From: Fimbriosthenelais zetlandica
Taxonomy: Eukaryota
Reading direction: 5' to 3'
NCBI GenBank assembly: GCA_977030845.1
Contig: OZ365109.1
Span: 11,284,001 to 11,348,000 of the forward strand
DNA length: 64,000 nucleotides
Each line of letters starts with the position of its first letter. Position 1 is the first letter of the stretch. The notes beneath the pieces were generated by a model. It saw only the letters and a list, made by a program, of their open reading frames with translations. It did no database searches and had not been told where the DNA came from. A program made the position numbers and the translations under genes. Positions 57,575 to 64,000 of this stretch are shown here, piece after piece.

Positions 57575-60500
57575 ATGGAAAACAAAATTTGGCTGGTGGC
57601 CGCCGTCTGGTTGGCAGTTCTTTCTCTCAGTGTCTCGGCGATGAGTCTACCACACGACAAACAGAATGATATTCAGGTGAGTGCAATCATTACTGTAGAG
57701 AGGCAGGGGAGTTACCTCAGTTGGTTAAAGCGCCAGCTCACTCAGCGGGGTTGACCAACAAACTTGAGTAATCAAGAGTGTGAGCTGGTATTAACAGGCT
57801 CTATAAAAATTCTAACTAAAAATAAATCGAAGGGTCGGCTGTCAAATGCTGTTGGTGCGTTGTATATCCACATGCACTTGCACTAGAAATATCCGATGCA
57901 CAGAAGGCAATGTAGTAATGCACATAGAAAGAGCCACCATCTTAAAATCATACGTAAACTTGAGTAATCAAGAGTGTGAGCTGGTATCCACACAAAAAAC
58001 TCTCAAGCAACAGTTAATATTGTGAAGATGTGTGCATGTGAATTACGAGCTAATGAGATGATATAATATGATGTCATAATTGGATTGTTTTAGTCCTTGG
58101 TTATTGGGAATGAAGTAATACCTAACACCAAATAGTATCTGATACAGAATCTATACTTAATGTTTACACCCAATTAAGTAGCATCAGTATACTGATACTC
58201 CCTCAGAGCATCATTTAAAATAGTATAATCTTTAGTTAACAATTCCGTGTAGTGAAAAATTGATGTTGCAGCGCCATCAAGAGCAGTCCATAATTTCGCA
58301 CCGCGGTAGAGTATATACTTCTCTTATAATGATCAATATTTTGGTTTTTATATATTAAACATGTTATAATCACTTCATCGAGTTTTATTCTCCAAATAGT
58401 TCTGATCCAGCAAAGTCTCATACTTCTGGTTTTTAAACATAATATATAATTCAACAGATGGGAATTTAATCTATCTGTTAACATTGGCAGATTTGATCGC
58501 AAGTGTAAGTCTTTTGTGCTAATATGAGTAGAGTTTTGGTATCCGTTATAGTTGGTACTTAGTCTAAGGTACTGGTTCTGGTCTGTAGCTTTCTCAGTCT
58601 CGTGATAGTGGACCCACTGTAAATGATATCATATCGCTTAAAATGCAGGTCTTACAAATGTTGAGGGCAGCTGCATGATTGATTAATTTACCTGCGCATC
58701 TTACCTAAAACATACATATTCTGGTTTAATTTACCCATTAAATAATTTAATAGACCCATTAAATAGTCCAAATGTTTGTTAAAGCTCTGAAGCCTTTAAG
58801 TTTCTGTTTATATTGTTTGCGAACCATTGACATGGATTTGACACATCTTCTTGAAGATTTTTTGATATTTGTGGATTCTTACCGTGAAGGTAAATTACTG
58901 TGTCTTCCGCGTAAAGTTTATGGTTGGAGTGCCTAAGAGCAGTGGTTAAATAATTCATAATACCAAGAAAAATAGTGGTCCCAGAACACTACCCTGAGGC
59001 ACTCCATACCTGAGTGGTTTAACAATAGAATAGATGCCATCTGCAAGAGTTCTGTGGCACCTCTTCTCTAAATGGCATTTAATGCAGCTAAGTAAAAGAC
59101 ATCTAATACCAAGCATTCTGAGTATGGTTAACAAGATCTTATGATGGACCGAATCAAACGCTTTCGATAAGTCTATAAAGGCTGTATCTGTTAGTTCTGT
59201 TTGAATGAGTGAATTATAGGTATCGTCAACCAACTTCACGGTTGTGTCAGTGGTACTGTGGTTAAACCTCTCAGTTCCTTATCTAGCAGATCATTATCTC
59301 CTAGATGTTTTAAGGTATTTTTGTGTATCAATTCCTTTAAGAGCTTACCGGGAAGTGGTAACAACGACACTGGTCTATAGTTGCCTTTATTACCTTTGTC
59401 ACCATTTTTAAAGGTACTACGTTAGCTACTTTCCATTTTGTCGGGAATACACCTGTTTCACCCGAGAGTTTAATAGTCTATAGATAATTTGTGGTATCAG
59501 GGAGTATCGTCAATGAGTTTTGCTACATCACTGATATCAAATTTGACAGATTCCAAGTAAACATTAGATTCGATAACAGTATATTCCCATGTCGCCTACA
59601 TGTACTGCTATCTAACCTACTTGCATTATATGTCTCCCCAACGCTGGTAAAAAAATTCGTTGAATTATTCAGAGCATACCTCAGCTTCGATGGGTTGCTT
59701 AGTAGTCTCATCTATTAGGTATATGTTGTCATTGTTTGATGGCTTTCCAGCTTTTATACTAGGGTCTTTTTTATTTACTTCTAGTAGGTTTTGATTTAGT
59801 TCTATATAGTCAGCCCTGCATTTCCTTAGATAGATAACATGTTTTTTTCCAGAAATTTAGCTCTTCTTATTATTATTCTTCATTATTGCCTTTTCTTGCT
59901 TTCCTTAAAGCTTCATTTTTTCTTGGATCCATTCCAACAATTCGTTTGTTATCCTTGGTTCTTTTACATTTTTGATATGAAAAAGTTTCAAAGGGCATAG
60001 TTCATCTTAAGGTCGTGTTAGTGTTTGTCTCAATAAAATCCCAGGCTAGATTGACTTCATTAATTGTGAGCAAGTAATCCCAGTCTAAGTTTAGTCCTCT
60101 GTCAGCTAGATCATCACAATTTAATTAACTATATGGTCTACCATAAATAGAAGTATTAACTTTCTGTCTGGGTTCTTTCTTGATTACTATTTGTACTAAA
60201 TAATGGTCACTTAAACCTATAATTAGATATTGTGTGCTTGTTTGTGCAGAACATTAGCACTGTTGCTAAAGATAACATCTAAAGAAGAACCTGTATCCTT
60301 TGTGCACCTAGTAGGCTCGCTATTCTCCGATTTGAGGCCATGACACGACATTAAATATAATAATAAGTTTCTTTGCATTCTCATTCCTTTTACTTAGTAA
60401 ATCTGTGTTGAGATCTCCTAGAACAATTAAATATGCTATAATATTTCCTCGAATTCATCTTGGGGCAGTTTATAAGCATTGCAGATTATTCTGGACTTAT

Positions 60501-63069
60501 TGTTCATATTATTGACTACAACCCATTGAGCTTCCACGTTTCTTGTGCTTGTGTTAAGATGACCAAGGTCGACCAAGGTCGTAAGTAGAATAGCAGTTGG
60601 TTGATTAAATATAGCAACTCCACCCTTTTGGGGAACAGTACTGTTACTTTCGCTCCAAGTGCGGTCATGCCTAATTTAATAACGTTATAACCTTTGATCT
60701 TTACAGTACTATCCATTAGTAGATTTGTAAGTCAGGTTTCACTTACCCCGAGCAAATCGAATCTGTTAGATTCACAGAGTAATTTGATTGTATAGATCTA
60801 TTTTGGGCAGGAGGCTTCTTATATTTTTGTGGCCGACTCTAAACCCTTTAGTATTCTCATACTTCTGATTCACGATCTGATTAGGAAGTTTTTGATGATT
60901 TTGGCATTCAAGATTTTAGTTGATTACTTTGCTTAAGACGTGATATTGACAATTGTATGAATGAGAGTGACTAGGTCAACCCGGACTCGGTTGTATCAAC
61001 GAGAGTATTATTTTTACTCTTGTTGGTTGCATCGATTGTATAGCATACGTTTAGGAGGTGCAGTTGCAGGGCTGCAAGGTGCAACTTATGGAAAACTACA
61101 TTGTATAGCTTCTCTGTGTGATCTCCAATGAGATATTATAGGTGGTTTACATTCTAGATAAAATATAATCATGTATGTTCTTAAACATCTACATATTTTA
61201 TTTTAGGTTGATCAGCCAGAACTAGAAGAAAAGGAGCGTGCAACATGGCTTGATACAAGGGAATTGGAAGATGAATTCAAAGAACTTGTCTTCATGGCTA
61301 TACAAGAGGTAGGGGGCTTTTTTATTCCTTCAATTTTATATAAATCCACCATGGGCTAGTGGCTGTCCATTATGTGGACATGTCAGGTTGCATAGTACAT
61401 ATTCATTACCCTTATTTACCAGTGCTTACCTACCGTAGCACCCCTGGCGGTTCATGGGAAACGTTAATGGTCAATAAACAGAATAATTGTCAAGTTTACA
61501 TGACACCACGCTGTGTATAAAAGAAGGGATAATAAAGTATGTAATGGACTTAAATCTAAGGCCTATAGTATACACACTATGTAGAATGTAAAGATTGGGT
61601 TTTGTCTCCTGTATTGGGCTACGTTTGTATCTGATTGAAATGGAGAAAGTAAAATCTTCAGTGAAATATCCTCCAGCACCACCTACTCTTACCTAAAGTG
61701 TGTTCATAGGAGATTGATTAACTCTGGTTTAAAGTGGAAAAAGACTGCACTGATGACTTCGCTTAAAAAAGCCCCGACAATCAGTGCCGTTCAGAAATGG
61801 GTATTTGTTACAGAGGCAGTTACAAGTAGCTGCCTCTAAACCCACTGGTCGCACATGTATAATATTTATTGGACTTTCAAGATTGTCTCAGCAGATGCCG
61901 TTAAATCAAACTCCTGCAATGATATATATAATGTTATAGATAATATAACATATACTAATTCTATTGGAAACTGTTTATGGAAAGATAATGTGTGAATGAG
62001 GGTGTTTAATTGCCTTTCTTCTTTCCCTGGATACAGTTGGAAAATGAGGGACGTTTAACCAATGGAGTTGTAGGTGCTCCCCCCAAGGAGAAGAGAGGGC
62101 GCTGGCAAGGATTCTGCTTCAGGAAGACCAGGAGTGGACGTTTCCTCCCATACATTTGCTGGAAAGGAAGTAAGTTTTTTTTTATTGCATACACTTTCAA
62201 TGGTATGAGCACATTTCCATACCATTGAATGTCTTATTTGGATATTGATAGAGGTATTTATGAATGTTTGTGGGTCTTTGAATCATCTAATGACTCACTC
62301 TGTGTGACTAATGTGCCTTATGCATAATTTATTATCTCCTTGACCTGAAGTGGGAAACGGAAGTCAAATGCAACTCCCCCTGCTAACTATCTCAAAACTA
62401 GCTACCCGAAAAATGTGAAGTTACCTCCCCGAGACTAGCTACCCGAAATCAAATCAATTTTAGGGTGGCTGTCGGGTAACTGGCTTGTGGAAACATGCAC
62501 AATGCCTAAATATTCAGACTAAACCTGGCTCTGCATTGCTGGAGGTAGTACGCACCTCATCAGGGGGTGTTCGAACGAATATTTGAAATTTGTGGGTTTC
62601 GTAACGAGGATTATTAAAGTTCACATGTGCTTCATGTCAGTTCCAATAGGTGGTACAGTAGAACATACCATTTCAGCTGACGAGGAGGGAGCTCGCCTTA
62701 GAAAATAGCCGTTGATATCTCATTTAATGTTGCGACGAGCTTAGAGCAAGTTAGAACGGTCCCGCTTATGCAAGCTTATCAAACTTTATTTCATGGTTGA
62801 AAATTTGTTGGAACCACTCGAATATCAAAAACCATAATACCCAAAATATACGGGGCCATGAACTTCTATATACAGAGAGGTTAATCTTCTTTATTGGCAG
62901 ATAAAAAACAGGACGTTATAATATAACGTGATAATATTATGTGATGTGTTTTCACTTTCAGATTTACTTAGAAATATTTTTCTTAGTCATTAAATATTCA
63001 AAAATATACACAGATACCATTAAATGAATATTGTTAAATAAATGTTGTTCTTTTTCAGGTCGGAAGTAA
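57575..63069 (+). CDS. Secreted neuropeptide precursor, whitnin/SPTR/PKYMDT-family-like (~115 aa)
   Basis: Exons: 57575-57676 (MENKIWLVAAVWLAVLSLSVSA signal peptide), 61207-61308 (VDQPELEEKERATWLDTRELEDEFKELVFMAIQE), 62037-62169 (LENEGRL...EKRGRWQGFCFRKTRSGRFLPYICWKG), and a probable last exon 63059-63069 (S-R-K-stop). Signal peptide, basic cleavage sites and a two-Cys C-terminal peptide are visible. The family assignment rests on recalled layout. The last exon is uncertain. Confidence 0.8.
57702..57998 (+). mobile_element. Rearranged/nested SINE copy
   Basis: Head, then a 3' end plus tail, then resumption at ATCGAAGGGTCGGC and a second 3' end. Confidence 0.7.
58190..60850 (-). mobile_element. 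Decayed CR1/L2-type non-LTR retrotransposon (endonuclease plus RT), antisense in a neuropeptide intron
   Basis: ORF 58955..59239 has FIDLSKAFDSV...GVPQGSVLGPLFF. LYAEDTVIY lies near 58890-58918 (degenerate YADD). Endonuclease remnants (LGVSETW, GDLNTD, SDHYL-like) at 60200-60800. The C-terminal KRSIY... segment is at 58236-58502. Many stops and frameshifts. Confidence 0.85.
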
Positions 63070-64000
63070 ATAATAAATTGGTGGACAAGACAATGTCATC
63101 CTAATGAACATTAAATATTTGAATGTGGTCACATTCAAAAAGTCCTCTCAAAACATGTTTTAAGCCATTTGGAAAATAACCAATGTTATGTGTAATGCAT
63201 CACACATAGATGTTTATTCGTAGCGTCCACCGCCAGATAACTATTGTGATATTGTGTACCATTTCCATTGAGCGGTTTCATCTATTTTTATAACTCACAG
63301 TTCCCCAGGGGTCAGGGAATATGCCGTAGATAATGAACACATAATTATGCATAATTATGCTCTTTAATCACTCATCTATATATATTATTTATATATATAT
63401 GACAGAGCATTAAAAACTTAGCATTTCTTGTATTATGAATATCCATAAATAAAAAGTGATACTGTTTGGAAAGTTGTAGTGTTTGTCATAGAGAATTATA
63501 TTCCAGTTTTTGGCTAAAGGGGGCAGTGGATAATATTTGCCTTATCTTTTCCTCCCTTTAACCAGAAACCCATAATGTATAGCCTATTCTTTCATAATGT
63601 ATATCCTTTACAGGATTGCTGGAAAAGGGCTAAGGTAAAAAAAACAAAAAAAAACTAGATTTATATATGTAAATACAATTTTCGATCAGACAAATGTGGC
63701 GATGAGAACACTCGAAACATTGTACATAACTCTTTGTGTGTATCCGAGACACCACTATGTATGCTAGACAGTTCCTGCCCCACCTTGTGGCTTTACACAT
63801 AATTGCAATAGGAAATAAGCAATGATAAACATAAAAGGTGTGTGCAGACAGTGAATTGGTCTATCCGTTTATTCTCATGTTGACATGTCTTCTTTTAATC
63901 CTTTCTATCTTGTGAGTGTGAAATTATGTAAAGTCAAGGGAGAAACTTGTCAATGTTTTCCAGTTCACAGAACTTAACTTGTTAAAAATAAGATAAAACC

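Overview
AT-rich, intron- and repeat-rich animal genomic DNA, probably lophotrochozoan (inferred from the neuropeptide and gene content). There are three spliced protein-coding genes. (1) The 5' half of a long-tailed class I myosin (MYO1E/F-like) on the minus strand, 12 exons from 21067 down to the left edge. (2) A complete 19-exon KHDC4/BLOM7 orthologue on the plus strand (21406-40277), greatly lengthened by Q/P/G-rich sequence and head-to-head with the myosin, with only 338 bp between the start codons. (3) A ~115-aa secreted prepropeptide with whitnin/SPTR/PKYMDT-like layout (57575-63069) and a candidate CRE/TATA promoter plus non-coding first exon near 49.2 kb. Introns and intergenic DNA hold a tRNA-derived SINE family (~9 copies), several MITE families, decayed RTE and CR1/L2-type LINEs, and minisatellites. 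The least expected observations are: four local duplications of exon edges together with their splice sites; a 44-bp minisatellite built from the SINE's tRNA head; a recurrent SINE breakpoint; and two oppositely oriented ~320-bp-unit arrays forming a foldback-like structure around the candidate neuropeptide promoter. No prokaryotic-type systems (CRISPR etc.) are present. Exon models were read by eye from GT/AG and phase. Homologies are recalled, not searched. Repeat boundaries are approximate.
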